This document shows, one piece after another, positions 50,631-64,000 of a stretch of DNA of 64,000 nt. Position 1 is the first letter of the stretch; each line of letters opens with the position of its first letter. Made by a program: the position numbers and the translations under genes. A model generated the notes under the pieces. That model made no database searches. It was not told the DNA's origin and was given only the letters and a program-made list of their open reading frames with translations. The DNA is from Amoebidium appalachense (taxonomy: Eukaryota > Protista > Ichthyosporea). The DNA lies in NCBI GenBank assembly GCA_963693365.1, contig CAVNZM010000007.1, positions 4,647,962 through 4,711,961 on the forward strand, written 5' to 3'.

Positions 50631-52549
50631 ACTCACTCACTCACTCACTCACACACACACAGCGCGTGCACGCACGCACACACACACACTGTGTGGACAT
50701 CCCCACACACACATGTCGCATAACCAGTATGCAACTGGGTGCTGCATGCAGCAATCCTCACGGGCCACTTTTTTCACGTGCATGGGCACACACTGCATGC
50801 ATGGCATGGGTAGCCACCCGAAATGCATGGTGGCTGTGTGCGGCACGTGTAGTGCCTGCAAGGTGCACGTGTGTGCCTGGGCCGTGCAAAATTCGTGATA
50901 TGTGGTTGGCTACTCTCCCCGTACTACGTTTGAACTGATAGTATTAAGACGTTAATTGGTTGTTCAATATGCTCCCGTATGACCGGGTAAGTCTTAGAAT
51001 AAATTAGACTACAGGTGTGTATTAAAATATAATGTCTATGGCACATATATGCCCTTAGGCTACTAAAACATAGTTATTGATTCCAGATGCAGCAACTTGT
51101 CATGAAAGAGGGTGTCTCTTTTAGCTTTCCGGGTCGGGTCGGACCCGAATGGTTTTTAGGCCATATGATTGATATGAGGCGCACGCTTGACCCGATGAAA
51201 GGGCCTAAATTTGGTCTAAAAGAAATTCTCTTTAATTGACCCAAGTGGTGCTTTTCCAGTACAATAAGAAATGGTGTCAGGCCACAACGGCTGCATCCTG
51301 CAGTGTGCCACGATACTACCGTGCTGCGTGTAAGGGTACGGTCAGCCATGCACATGTGTGCGCTTGTGCATGTGTCTGCGCGTGCATGCAATAGGTGCCA
51401 TGTACACGTGTGCATGCATGTGCATGTGTCTGTGCGTGCATGCAATAGGTGCCATGTACACGTGTGCATGCATGTGCATGTGTCTGTGCGCATGCACGAT
51501 CAGCCATGTACACGTGTGCATGCATGTGCATGTGTCTGTGCGCATGCACGATCAGCCATGTACATTTGTGCATGTGCACGTGTCGGTGCGCATGCAATCA
51601 ATGGGTGCACAGTCAGCCAGGTGTGCATGTGCACGGCATATGTAGGTGCACGGTCAGGCATGCGTGTGCACGTGTGCAAGTGTCTGTGCATGCAAGCAAT
51701 CATCGAGGCCTCCTATGGTGGTAAGGTAATGCAACAGGTGCAGGGGGCCACATAGTGCTACGTCTAGGGAGTTACGTCTGCAGCATGGAACACACCTATA
51801 GCTGCTCTAAACAAACCACCCTCAGTGGCGTAGCTTAGTAAAATGTTTCTTTCCTCTTTTGAAATTTTTTCTTTTCTTTTTTTTTTTTGCACCTTTTGCC
51901 CAGTTAGCCCAAGCAGCCGTGGTTTCGAGCTCCATCCTCCAACCACTCCATCGGTGGGTTGGCCACACACAACATGACTGAACAGGCTGCAGTGCCCCAT
52001 TGATTTGCAGTCTCAGACTGAGGTTTCCAGTGCTGCACAGCTGATTTTTGGCTTCCCAGGTGGTACTGTATTGGTCACGGTCACACATACTATGCAGATA
52101 GGCCCATCAGGCGAGACTCTTTTGTATGGACGTTAGCTGTAGACATCGGATGATGGCCGCACTATAAAAACGTGCAGTCTATCTGGTGATTACCACACCA
52201 GGACATCTACTAATAATATTAGGGGTGGCCATCATATCAGTAGCGTGGGTGTTTTGTGAGGATGGGTGTGACACACAACTGTGCCAACGGTTATAGGTCT
52301 ACGTAGTGACGGCCAGTAGTACACCGTGGCACGGTCTCTGTAGCCACTACGATATAAGACTATTATTATATTATGATGGGGCAATGCATACTTTTATTAC
52401 ACATGCAGCTGCCTATCTCCACGTTCGAACACAGGGATCGCTTCGTGTCCACACACCATCTTAGTGACTCAGGGTCACGCATCAAAACGCCAGTACTGCC
52501 GGCCTGCACGATAGTGTAGGGTTACCCAATAAGTTATAAAATAGATAAG

Positions 52550-52985
52550 ACACCTACTATTTAGGTGCTATTATTTAGGTGGCACTTAATATTTAGGTGG
52601 CACCTACTTTATAGGTGGCACCTACTATTTAGGTGGCACCTACTATTTGGGTGGCGCCTTTTTTTTAGGTGGCACCTACTATTTGGGTGGCACCTACTAT
52701 TTAGGTGGCATATATTTTATAGGTGGCACCTACTATTTAGGTGGCAGCTACTTTATAGGTGGCACTTACTTTATAGGTGGCCCCTACTTTTTAGGTGGCA
52801 CCTACTATTTAGGTGGTCCCTACTTTATAGGTGGCCCCTACTTTATAGGTGGCACCTACTATTTAGGTGGCACCTACTTCATAGGTGGCACCTACTATTT
52901 AGGTGGCACCTACTATATAGGTGGCACTTATTATTTAGGTGGCACCTACTTTATAGGTGGCACCTACTATTTAGGTGGCACCTAC
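52550..52985. repeat. 18-bp minisatellite, ~24 copies, with palindromic core TAGGTG-G-CACCTA
   Basis: Unit TTTAGGTGGCACCTACTA and variants. Confidence 0.95.
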
Positions 52986-53575
52986 ATTATATAGTAAGCT
53001 ACCAATGAAATTGTTGTGGTTGCACACAGAGTTAACACACCTCACACATTACCGTAGGGCCTAATCCGAGGTGTGTGAATGCACAAATGACCCTGATGAC
53101 TGCATGTTCTCCATGAGGCTCTCCAAAACTATGGAAACTTGATGTAACAGTCATCAAATTTAAGGTATATGGCGGAGTACGCATGCGATTTCAAGGAGAC
53201 TCAGTCAACGATGCATGACCCAGCTTCTACCAAATGCTCTTGTAACATTTTGCATAGAGGATTTCACATGAACGCAGCATATCAAAAAAAAACGGGGCCA
53301 ATCGCAGTCCTGTACTCTTTCTGGGTGTACTATAAAACCCTCGAAAGAATAAGAGGCTCTGATAGGTCCGTAATACTAGTAGTACAAGCAACTTGTCTTT
53401 GTTTAATCTTGCCATGTGATCATTGAACTTCGAGAAAAAAAAATAGATGAATTGTACGGATTGAGCTAGGTGTGCAACGGTAAACCGTTCGGTACAAACA
53501 CGTCATTCCTGCAGTACATCATATCTGATATAAAAGTATTGCGGGTACCTAGCAATTAAACTTTCATTTGATTAG

Positions 53576-53617
<42 letters not shown>

Positions 53618-54164
53618 CCCCTTTTTTATCGCTTCCCCTGCCTTGCCCTCGGGGTAGTATCGCCTACGTACATATACCCCCCCCCCCCCCCCCCCTCCCA
53701 AACCTCCCCCCTCCCCTCCCCCGTTTCCCTCCGGGGCCCCCACACACACACAAACATATGCTACACTCCCCCCCTCCCCCCTCCCCCGGGCACGCCCCTC
53801 CGGGGGGGAAGAAACCATCTCCACCAGAACTTTCCCTACCTGTACTGTAACATAGGCGCACTGTACATGTCGTGGTTGCTTAGCACACATTGCATACTCA
53901 CACACTTTGGAGTCTGCTCCAAGGTGTATGAATGCGCGAGGGGACCATGTACTATAAAAAAAAAGACATCTAAGATTCAGTAGACCCCAGGAGGGGAGGG
54001 GGGGGGGGGGGGGGGGGGAGGGGGGGGACCTGCCGAGTCCGGCTGGGCATCATGCCTGCATATCAGACTATGTACATGAAGTAAGGAACCCTCATGCAGG
54101 GCCTTACCCCTGTGGGAGTGCACGGCACATGCAGAGGAGGCCCCCCCCCCCCCCCCCCCCCCCC

Positions 54165-55235
54165 CGAGCTACAGCCACCACTGCATGCATCCACAATGTC
54201 CCGTCCTGCACACCCGGCACCCAAAGACCCCCACGGCACAGCACAGGCAGTGCCACACAGCAGCCACGGTGGTAGCCCAGTGTGCATGGCTAAAGTGAAT
54301 AGGTCTTGGAGGGCAATGTGGCCAGCCAAACCCAGAGGACATCAAGTGGGTATAGTACGAGGCTTCTGCCCACGATCCGTGGGGCAACTACTCGCAGCTA
54401 CCGCGGGGCACCACAGAACCCACGACACGTGCCATATTAGGTAAATCCACAGTAGAATTGCAGACATTCTTCTTTCTAAAATATGGACACGTAACACCAC
54501 ATGGACACCACGTAATACCACATGGACACCACACAACACCACATGGACACCACGTAACACCACATGGACACCACGTAACACCACATGGACACCACGTAAC
54601 ACCACATGGACACCACGCAACACCACCCTTCAACCCACACAACCCAAAATGCAAAAACACGGCCACCGCAAAACCTCACGTAAACAGAGAGGTAGGGCCC
54701 CACCAAAGCCTAAAACACACACACACAAACACCCCCCACACACTCACAGCCAGCATGCCCCGACCGCAGGCACCCCCACAGACCCACCCAACTGTGCAAG
54801 ATCCGGCTATTAAATTACTACACCGTAGCCACACACCACGTACAACACCACAACCTGTTAGGTAGCATCCCTCCATCACCAGGCCCAACCATACACCAAT
54901 ATCGACCGTAGACACCACCAACACCACACCCCGCATTCCACCACCATAGATAAACCAATGAGAGCCCGTGTTTATTATAGTATATTCGTAGGTTTTGAGT
55001 GGAGGGGAAGCCTGGTGCTACCCACCGGCGAGGCTGGGGTGATAAACCCTGGGCTAAGTGTATACAAATAGTTAGGATTGGTAATGGCGTGTTAGCTTAG
55101 CTATTAATACCGTAGCAGCCTAGCTAGAGTATAGTCGATCGGTGCTGGGTGGAAGACGCCCCTTTGAGGGGCCCCTAGGTGTCCCCTCCGGGGACAGAAC
55201 GGGGGGAAAAAAGATAATAATAATAATAATAATAA
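54165..55235 (+). mobile_element. Family X interspersed element, uninterrupted copy (~1.07 kb) with (TAA)n tail
   Basis: Inverted homology to 6711-7062 plus 12653-13215; starts after poly-C; ends CAGAACGGGGGGAAAAAAGA(TAA)n. Confidence 0.75.
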
Positions 55236-55954
55236 TGCCGGGCCTTCATGTAATTACTTGCTCCGCCCAATACGTTGAGCTTGAAGCTATCTTGTTTTGT
55301 TCTATTAATTGAAACCTTTTTATTGCATACCGCATAGCTGTAATTTGGATGGGTATGTATTAGACCGGCCTGAGGAAGACCCGTGTACCTGGTTTACACG
55401 GTCCATATTTTGGGAGACGGTGGGAGCGCTGCCCCTCGTGTGCACGTGTGGCTTACTGCGTTTTCTAGCACTGTCACACACCAGACGAGGGGCGCTGCAG
55501 GCATCCCCGAGCTATACATATCACGGTTTAAAGGATAACTATACGCCCACCTGTCACTTGGTTGGCAGTCTAGACAAGAAGGACAACGACAAAAAACTAA
55601 ATTAAACTTTTTGTGAAGTCTGCATGAGTGGTGCATAATAATTGTCTTAAGGCTATAAAGACTCGTATTACCCGGGGCCGGAGGGGGGGGGGGGGGGAGG
55701 GGGGGGGAGGGGGGGAGGTGGGGGGAGGGGGGTATACACGGGGTATCACACTGAAAATACATCAGCACTAAGAGGGATCTACCGTGATTTTGTGGTCACG
55801 GAGTTTTGGGTGGGGGGATATACGTTATTATCGAACTCCGTGCCCTTTAAGGTGGTTTTGGCTGCTGTACGTGTGCCCGTGTATGTGGTGGTGTGGGGTG
55901 CCGCCTGATCTGCACGGTGTCGGAGGGTTTCTACATTTTGGGCAGGCCGTTTTG

Positions 55955-56129
<175 letters not shown>

Positions 56130-57303
56130 GGGCGGGGAGGGGAAGGGGGGGGGGGGGGGGGGGAAGGGATCTACCAAGCAAATTACCCCACCACTAGTAC
56201 CTGAGACTGGTCTGTCTTGTGCCTTGAGTAAACAGCATAAACCCCCCGTTCTATGTTATGCTTCTTTCATAATGGCTTTGTTGATGTTTTCTTATATGTT
56301 ATACTTCATGTTCCTACGGGTGGCTGTGTTTGGTTCGTGTTGTTCGTGACCATTATTGTTTTGGTTTGTTTTGTGGGTAGGTGTGCTAACTGACGCTATC
56401 CCCGACCCGAATATTGTCGCCGACTGGGCCAGTGACGTTGCACCCTGCCCCCCCCCCCCCCCCCCCCCCCCCTCCCCCCCCCCCCCTTTTTCTCCACGTT
56501 CCCTCTCCCTCCATAGCCCTTTGTTCCTTTCAACCCCACGTGGTCTCTCAGAGAGCTACCCGACAGGGCCGAAAATTAGCGAAATTTGGGTGGTATTTTT
56601 TTTTCTAGTACATCTTGTATTTTCCTATTGGCTGGATGGTATTTCCGGACACTTTCCTTTGAAGCATCCATACCATGCACACCATCCACACACCATGGCC
56701 GGAAACGTACCGTACCTACGTAACCATGCAAAACAAAGAGAGTTGGATGGTACTTTTGAAAATTGGATGGTATTTTAGAGGGTTTATAGATACAGTTTTG
56801 TCCGCCCCTGCTACCCAAATGATTGAGTCGTACTTGTCACTCTCTCGCAATTATAATCACTGCGGTACACACACATCCAGGTCTAAAAAAACACATTTTT
56901 CTTTTCAATTTTTTTTAATTTTTTACTGCGATTCACCTCATAGGTGCTACCGTCTTCTACCTGGCTCTGCCTATACCTCCCGACCCAAGGACAAACCTAT
57001 GTATCTTAGAACACAAAGAGCAAGACACGAGGCCATATCGTAGTTGCCAACACCAGCCTCTGTGTCAGCAACAATATCACACCCACACACCCAGCCATCC
57101 ACACACACACACGGACACACGCACACGCACACACGCACAGCCCTTTACCCCGCTTTAGCCTACCATAAGCGCATACAGGAAGGCTGTTAAGGACTGCTTG
57201 TGTCGCTGCGTGCCATGGCGTCTACTGAATAAAAACTACTGGCTAAGCAATACTTCGGAATCCAAACACGCACACACAGAACACCAACACATATACACTG
57301 AGG

Positions 57304-57489
<186 letters not shown>

Positions 57490-57572
57490 CACACATATCT
57501 ACCCACATGCACACACACACACACCCACACGCACGCGCGTACACACACACAGGCCCCCATGCATACACGTTT

Positions 57573-57633
<61 letters not shown>

Positions 57634-57700
57634 TTGAAACACGCACAAGCATACATTGTCAAGCCACACACACACACACGTGTCACAAAGGAGTCCAAAA

Positions 57701-57757
<57 letters not shown>

Positions 57758-57765
57758 CACGCACG

Positions 57766-57800
<35 letters not shown>

Positions 57801-57838
57801 ACCCACACACACCCACATTATCATGTTCATCTGAGAGG

Positions 57839-57950
<112 letters not shown>

Positions 57951-58209
57951 AAATTCTACCCCCCCCCCCCCTCCCCCCCTCCCCCCCGCTCTCTCTCTCT
58001 GAGTCCGCCCCTCTTTCACACACACAAGTAACACGCGCGCCACACACACACACGAGCATGCACCGCACGCACAATGCATGGCCAAGTCCAGCTTTAACAA
58101 ATCTTCGGAGGCCTTCACGCACACACACACACACGCAAGCACGCACACACGCACGGACGTAATACATGTCACACACAAATTACGGATGATACTATGTGTC
58201 CTTTGTTCC

Positions 58210-58246
<37 letters not shown>

Positions 58247-58622
58247 CTCTTCCTTCCCCCAACCCCAACCCCCCCCCCCACAACCCCCCCCCCCCTCCCC
58301 CTCCCCCCGCACAATCACCTGCACTATATAGTCAAAGCATGCGCAGACATAAGTCTCGCACACACCTGCACTGTGTGTACAAGTAGGTCTGTGCGCCGGC
58401 TGTCGCCGGCGCCAAAACATAACGAGACAGTTATTGATGTTGGGTTGTGTGGTTGTTACCTCCCTCTCCCCCTCCCCCCTCCCCTGGCCCCTCCGCCTCA
58501 CGCTCCCCCCCCCCCCCCCCCCCCCCCCGCGGCCCCCCGCCTCACGCTTCCTCCCCCCCCCCCCCCCCCCCAATCCTGCAGTTGCCGGATCTGCCAAATG
58601 TTATGACCCTTTTCCCTTTCAT

Positions 58623-58660
<38 letters not shown>

Positions 58661-58914
58661 TTCTTGCCACACTGTGTTATCAGTCTAGGGAGAGATTGCC
58701 ATTGCCGAAGTACTGTACCAAGTTTACTTGTGGTCCTCCAAAAACATGTAGCTGAAAACCACCAAGTGCAATGTGTTCTAATTGCTTGCAAAATCTTTAT
58801 AATATTATTATTATCTTGTTGTTTTACTTATTTTACAGAACTGTTTGGTAACCCGATGATATGCATGGGCAGGCAATAAAAATTTCCACGTGCACTGAGT
58901 GCCAGGTGGGCAAC

Positions 58915-61030
58915 ATATTTCAGTGAAGTCTGGAATTGGCACCCCCCCCGAAATGTTCCCGAACATAAAATCATCATTCTACGGTGTCTGTCAATATACC
59001 ATGCTCACAAGTCAGTACTGCAATTATAATGATTCTCAGTTTACTTCAAAGCATCCCCCCCCCCCCCCCCCCCCCCTCCCCCCCCCCTCCCCCCCCCCCC
59101 CCAATTTTTTTATTTTATGTTTTTCATACTCGGTGACTAAAATCATTTTTTTTATTATTTTTTTTTATTTTTTTATTTTTATATCCCGTTTCACTCCCGG
59201 CGAGGCACTGCCTCAGGGGAGCTTACCGTCTTCCGCCTAGACACAGATCGTACTGTATAGCACACTCATAAGTGAGGATTCTAATTGACCCCAACTGGCA
59301 CTATTTTTAGTTACGCCTTATCCCACGGTTCTAGCCGCAGCAACGCTAGTGGGGAAGTGAGCACAGCTCACTTTAACAACACCAGCCGGGAGCGACCCGG
59401 GACACATACACAAACATAAAGACTCGAAAGGGGAAGACCCCATGCCCAGGACGCTGACCCGAACCGTGGCCGGTGACTCGGATTGGTCTCCCACTTGAAC
59501 GTTGGGCTGGAATGCCCAAGCGGCGCACCGTCGACGTCAGAGGGCCGGTGCTGTTCATGACGTCATGTCTTGCGGCCGGATGATAACAAATTGGTGGTGC
59601 TGCTTGACGTGGTCTGGGGTGATGGCTTCTAGGGGGCGGCCAGACCGGTGGACCGTCGAGGCAGAAAAATATCGGAAGTAACCGGGATCGATCCTGCGAC
59701 TTTGAGCTTGACACGCAGAGATCTTACCATTGCACCAACCCGCCCCCCCGGTGACTAAAATCATGGCACCCGTGTTTTCTAGATATATTTCCTTTCATTG
59801 TGTTCAACGTACATATGTGTGTGTGTGTGTGTGTACATGTTTGTGTGTGTGTAATGTGTGTGTGTACGGGCCAAGTGAAGGTTGTATGCGTTTTTGTCTT
59901 CTTAGTTGTTTTTGTATTCTATTCGATTATTACTTTGTGTGTACATGTGGAAAAAAAACAAATAACAAAAAAATTACCCGCAATGACCACCGCCCAGCTT
60001 GAATCACCCTCGCTCTAGTGTAAAAAAATAATCATTATCAGCCACAAACCCTTCTAGTACACTCGCCCTAAATGTCATATTCACATTACTGAGTTGATTT
60101 AGTTGTGTTTCTTACTCTATTTTTTTTTCAAAAACTGTCTGCCTATAGCTATTAAAACATTAAAATGTACATGTGTTTATGTGTGTGTGTGTGTGTGTGC
60201 CACAGGCCGGTGTGTGTGTGTGTGTGTGTGTGTGTTTGTGTGTGTGTGGATATAGAATTTACCGTCCTCATCCCCGTGTCCCCCTAAACCGGTGCTAGCA
60301 GACCTTTGAGGTTTTTGTGATTGGATTGGTAGTTCTATTACATTAAAAATTTCAAAATGCCGTTGTACCAATGATATAATACGTTGTAAACAAAATGTCG
60401 CCGAATTTCTCTTAAAAAAGTACGTTCCATTCTGGGTTAGAAACAAAAACCGTTTTGATACGGGAATCACCTGATCTCTGCCGTCATTCAGCCCAGCGCG
60501 TTCACAGTAGACTCCGAAACCGCTGTTTTTTTTCTTTTTATTTCAAAGCCCCGAGTACGTACATCCTCTCGGGCCCAACTTTAGGGCACTATATTTCAAT
60601 TTTCTCATTATCAAATACATAGTTATTTAGGGTTTTTCATTAGTATCGCAAGAATATTTAGCGATTTTGATGTCATAAAAACAACTAAGCAGTTTCGATG
60701 GTTTTTGATGCCTCACAAAATGGCCTTAGGTCCCCTCCAAATTCCGGATTTGAGGTCCGGCAAACAACGCATTATATATCTCTCGGGCCCAACTTTAGGG
60801 CACTATATTTCAATTTTCTCATTATCAAATATATAGTTATTTTAGGCTTTTTCATTAGTATCGCAAGAATATTTAGCGATTTTGATGTCATAAAAACAAC
60901 TAAGCAACGTTTCGATGGTTTTTGATGCCTCACAAAATGGCCTTAGGTCCCCTCCAAATTCCGGATTTGAGGTCCGGTATCTCTCGGGCCCAACTTTAGG
61001 GCACTATATTTCAATTTTCTCATTATCAAA
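58915..61030. repeat. Family Y interspersed repeat, copy 1 (hosts the SINE; ~215-bp tandem subrepeats at 60565-61030)
   Basis: Direct homology to 62813-64000 once 59147-59764 is removed. Confidence 0.85.
59147..59748 (-). mobile_element. Full-length tRNA-derived SINE (~600 bp) with A-rich tail and 16-bp TSD
   Basis: CGGTGACTAAAATCAT at 59131-59146 and 59749-59764. Head GGGCGGGTTGGTGCAATGGTAAGATC...GCAGGATCGATCCCGG (A/B boxes). Empty site in the paralogous copy at ~63053-63080. Confidence 0.9.
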
Positions 61031-61556
61031 CGGTGGGCTGCTGCAACTTCTTCAGCTACTTCTGCACTGCGTGAGTGGAGGGGCGGCTACTTGGTCGTCG
61101 GGGAGCTTTCCAAGTGACTGCCAGTCCTTAGCCTCCAGTCGTATGGCAATGACCGGGTTTGCTTGCATGCATTCTGTAATTGTGTTTTTCTGTGTGTCTT
61201 GCCACAACTAGGCCACCTTATCAGAGAGCTAGATGCAGTTTCTCCGGGTTATCTAGGGGCCGGGCCCGTTGGGATTGTTTTTTAGCTCAGATTTGGTCTG
61301 CATTGCTCTCTTAGAGGCTCTTTTAGAGGCTGACTTGCTTGCTGTGCCTCGATAGGTTTTGAGGGGGGCCTGTTGGGAAGGAGCAGTAATGATGTCTTCT
61401 TGCAGAGTGTGGTCTGGTCAACATCGATGCATATGACTGGTTGGAGCAAACTGGTTTCACGCATACACGTACACTTACGGTTTTGCCCGCTGGTGTCCTT
61501 TGTCACTTGTCGCTTGATTTTTATTTCATAGCTTTGGCTTTTTCAGTTCTATTGGT

Positions 61557-61801
61557 GGTTACGATATTCCGTGCGTCGGGGTGTGATCTGATTGGATGAC
61601 GACACGACCTTTAACTTCAGTTAGTCTTGCCGTGATTGGCCTAGAGCGCACTCACCGAAATAACCAGGCTATGGACATTTCTATTGGGTTAGAGGAATCG
61701 AATAACCGGGTTAATGGGTGAGTGCGCTGCTAGCCAATCAAAGGAAAATGAGCCTGAAATGTGAATGTAATGATATATAGCGCACGCGCACACACACACA
61801 C

Positions 61802-61852
<51 letters not shown>

Positions 61853-61884
61853 CCAGCTGATACCGAGTGTCCCGAGGGGAGCCC

Positions 61885-61932
<48 letters not shown>

Positions 61933-62788
61933 GGGGAACCCCAACTAATTGATTTCTCCTTGTAGTCTTTATGGTGTCTCGTAGAGAAAGTAAACCCTGA
62001 TATATAGTCACCACCCGACATCTATGTACGTGATCATGATATACCGCTGAGGGGATATTCCGAGCAAAACCCCCCCCCCCCATACCTGAGACTGGTTCTC
62101 TTTGCCTCGAGTAAACAGCGTAAACCCCCTAATGATATATGAATCAAATAACCGAGTTAAAGTTTGCATAATGTATCAATAAAGTGAATGCTAAATCTTT
62201 ATGGGTCATATCGTAACCGGATCATGTCGGCTCGTGTCCTCGCTGGACCTCGTTATTTCGGTCTCGCTCGGCCACTCGCCCCATGACTCCTGATTTATTG
62301 ATCCGTTGATGAAGGCAACGTGCAGCCACAGGCTACATAATCAGGAGTCATGGGGCGAGTGGCCGAGCGAGACCGAAGTTATTTCGGCGAGCCGTCGGTT
62401 ATTTTGGCGAGCCGATAGGCGAGCCAAAATAATCGACAAGGCGAGCCGAAATAACGAGGTCGAGCGAGGACACGAGCCGACATGATCCGGTTACGATATG
62501 ACCCATAAAGATTTAGCATTCACTTTATTGATACATTATGCAAACTTTAACTCGGTTATTTGATTCATATATCATTACATTCACATTTCAGGCTCATTTT
62601 CCTTTGATTGGCTAGCAGCGCACTCACCCATTAACCCGGTTATTCGATTCCTCTAACCCAATAGAAATGTCCATAGCCTGGTTATTTCGGTGAGTGCGCT
62701 CTAGGCCAATCACGGCAAGACTAACTGAAGTTAAAGGTCGTGTCGTCATCCAATCAGATCACACCCCGACGCACGGAATATCGTAACC
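61557..62788. mobile_element. Long palindromic (foldback) non-autonomous element, left arm interrupted
   Basis: 61557-61778 plus 62141-~62260 is the reverse complement of ~62447-62788; inner hairpin ~62257-62378. Confidence 0.85.
61779..62129 (+). mobile_element. 351-bp composite insertion ending GTAAACAGCGTAAACCCCC, 11-bp TSD
   Basis: TAATGATATAT at 61768-61778 and 62130-62140; the opposite palindrome arm shows the empty site. Confidence 0.85.
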
Positions 62789-62812
62789 CGAGTCAAAAGA
62801 AGAAAAAAAAAA

Positions 62813-62949
62813 ATATTTCAGTGAAGTCTGGAATTGGCACCCCCCCAAAATGTTCCCAAACATAAAATCATCATTCTACGGTGTGTGTCAATATACCATG
62901 CTCACAAGTCAGTACTGCAATTATACTATTCTCGGTTTACTTCAAAGCA

Positions 62950-62992
<43 letters not shown>

Positions 62993-63507
62993 CCCCCGGC
63001 CCTCTTCCCATTCCCTGCCCCCCCCAAATTTTTTTATGTGGCTTTTCATACTCAGTGACTGGGGTCTACACCAATCATGGCACCCGTGTTTTCTAGATAT
63101 ATTTCCTTTCATTGTGTTCAACGTCTATGTGTGTGTGTGTGTGTGTGTGTGTGCATGTTTGTGTGTGTGTGAATGTGTGTGTGTGGGCTAAGTGAAGGTT
63201 GTATGCGCTTTTTTCTTCTTAGTTGTTTTTGTATTCTATTCGATTATTACTTTGTGTGTAAATGTGGAAAAAAAACAAATAAAAAAACAACGACCACCGC
63301 CCAGCTTGAATCACCCTAGCTCTAGTGTAAAACAATAATCATTATCAGTCACAAACCCTTCTACTACACTCGCCCCAAATGTCATTTTCACATTACTGAG
63401 TTGATTTAGTTGTGTTTTTTACTCTATTTTTTTCAACAACTGTCTGCTATTAAACAGTAAAATGTACATCTGTTTGTGTGTGTGTGTGTGTGTGTGTGCC
63501 ACAGGCC

Positions 63508-63551
<44 letters not shown>

Positions 63552-64000
63552 GAATTTACCGTCCTCATCCCCGTGTCCCCCTAAACCGGTGTTAGCGGAC
63601 CTTTGAGGTTTTTGTGATTGGATTGGTAGTTCTATTACATTAAAAATTTCAAAATGTCGTTGTACCAATGATATAATACGTTGTAAAACAAATGTCGCCG
63701 AATTTCTCTAAAAACAGTGCGTTCCATTCTGGGTTAGAAACCCAAACCGTTTTGATACGGGAATCACCTGATCTCTGCCGTCATTCAGCCCAGCGCGTTC
63801 ACAGTGAATCCGAAACCGCTGGTTTTTTTCTTTTTATTTCAAAGCCCCGAGTACGTACATCCTCTCGGGCCCAACTTTACGGCACTATATTTCAATTTTC
63901 TCATTATCAAATATATAGTTATTTTAGGCTTTTTCATTAGTATCGCAAGAATATTTAGTGATTTTGATGTCATAAAAACAACTAAGCAACGTTTCGATTG
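62813..64000. repeat. Family Y interspersed repeat, copy 2 (runs off the window)
   Basis: Homologous to 58915-59146 plus 59765-60700. Confidence 0.85.

Noticed and set aside
52565-53008. CRISPR-like array or GGTYYL repeat protein
   Set aside because: Linkers are only 5 bp and non-unique, there are no cas genes, and the ORFs follow trivially from an 18-bp period.
59670-59748. Functional tRNA gene
   Set aside because: Acceptor stem does not close; it is the head of a TSD-flanked SINE.

Overview
Eukaryotic genomic DNA, intron-dense and saturated with (CA)n/(GT)n, (GA)n and poly-G/poly-C tracts, so almost all ORFs in the supplied track are low-complexity artefacts. Manual splicing recovers five conserved genes: mS33/MRPS33 (-), MED22 (+), POP1 (-), PLPBP/YggS (-) and a single-domain receptor-type protein tyrosine phosphatase (+). 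There are also an intronless secreted orphan (+) and the last exon of an unknown gene (-). A receptor PTP together with branch-point-rich, pyrimidine-tract-poor introns suggests a unicellular opisthokont/holozoan (inference only). The non-genic DNA is a set of interspersed elements whose ends can be mapped within the window: a tRNA-derived SINE (16-bp TSD, filled and empty sites), a solo LTR (5-bp TSD), a decayed LINE-like element and short relatives ending in TAAACCCCC instead of poly(A), a poly-C-anchored partial-tandem element, a ~1.2-kb foldback element, a ~27-bp palindrome found in both divergent intergenic regions, and a multi-layer nested TE stack at 6.6-13.4 kb. All family assignments come from recognised motifs; no database search was run.
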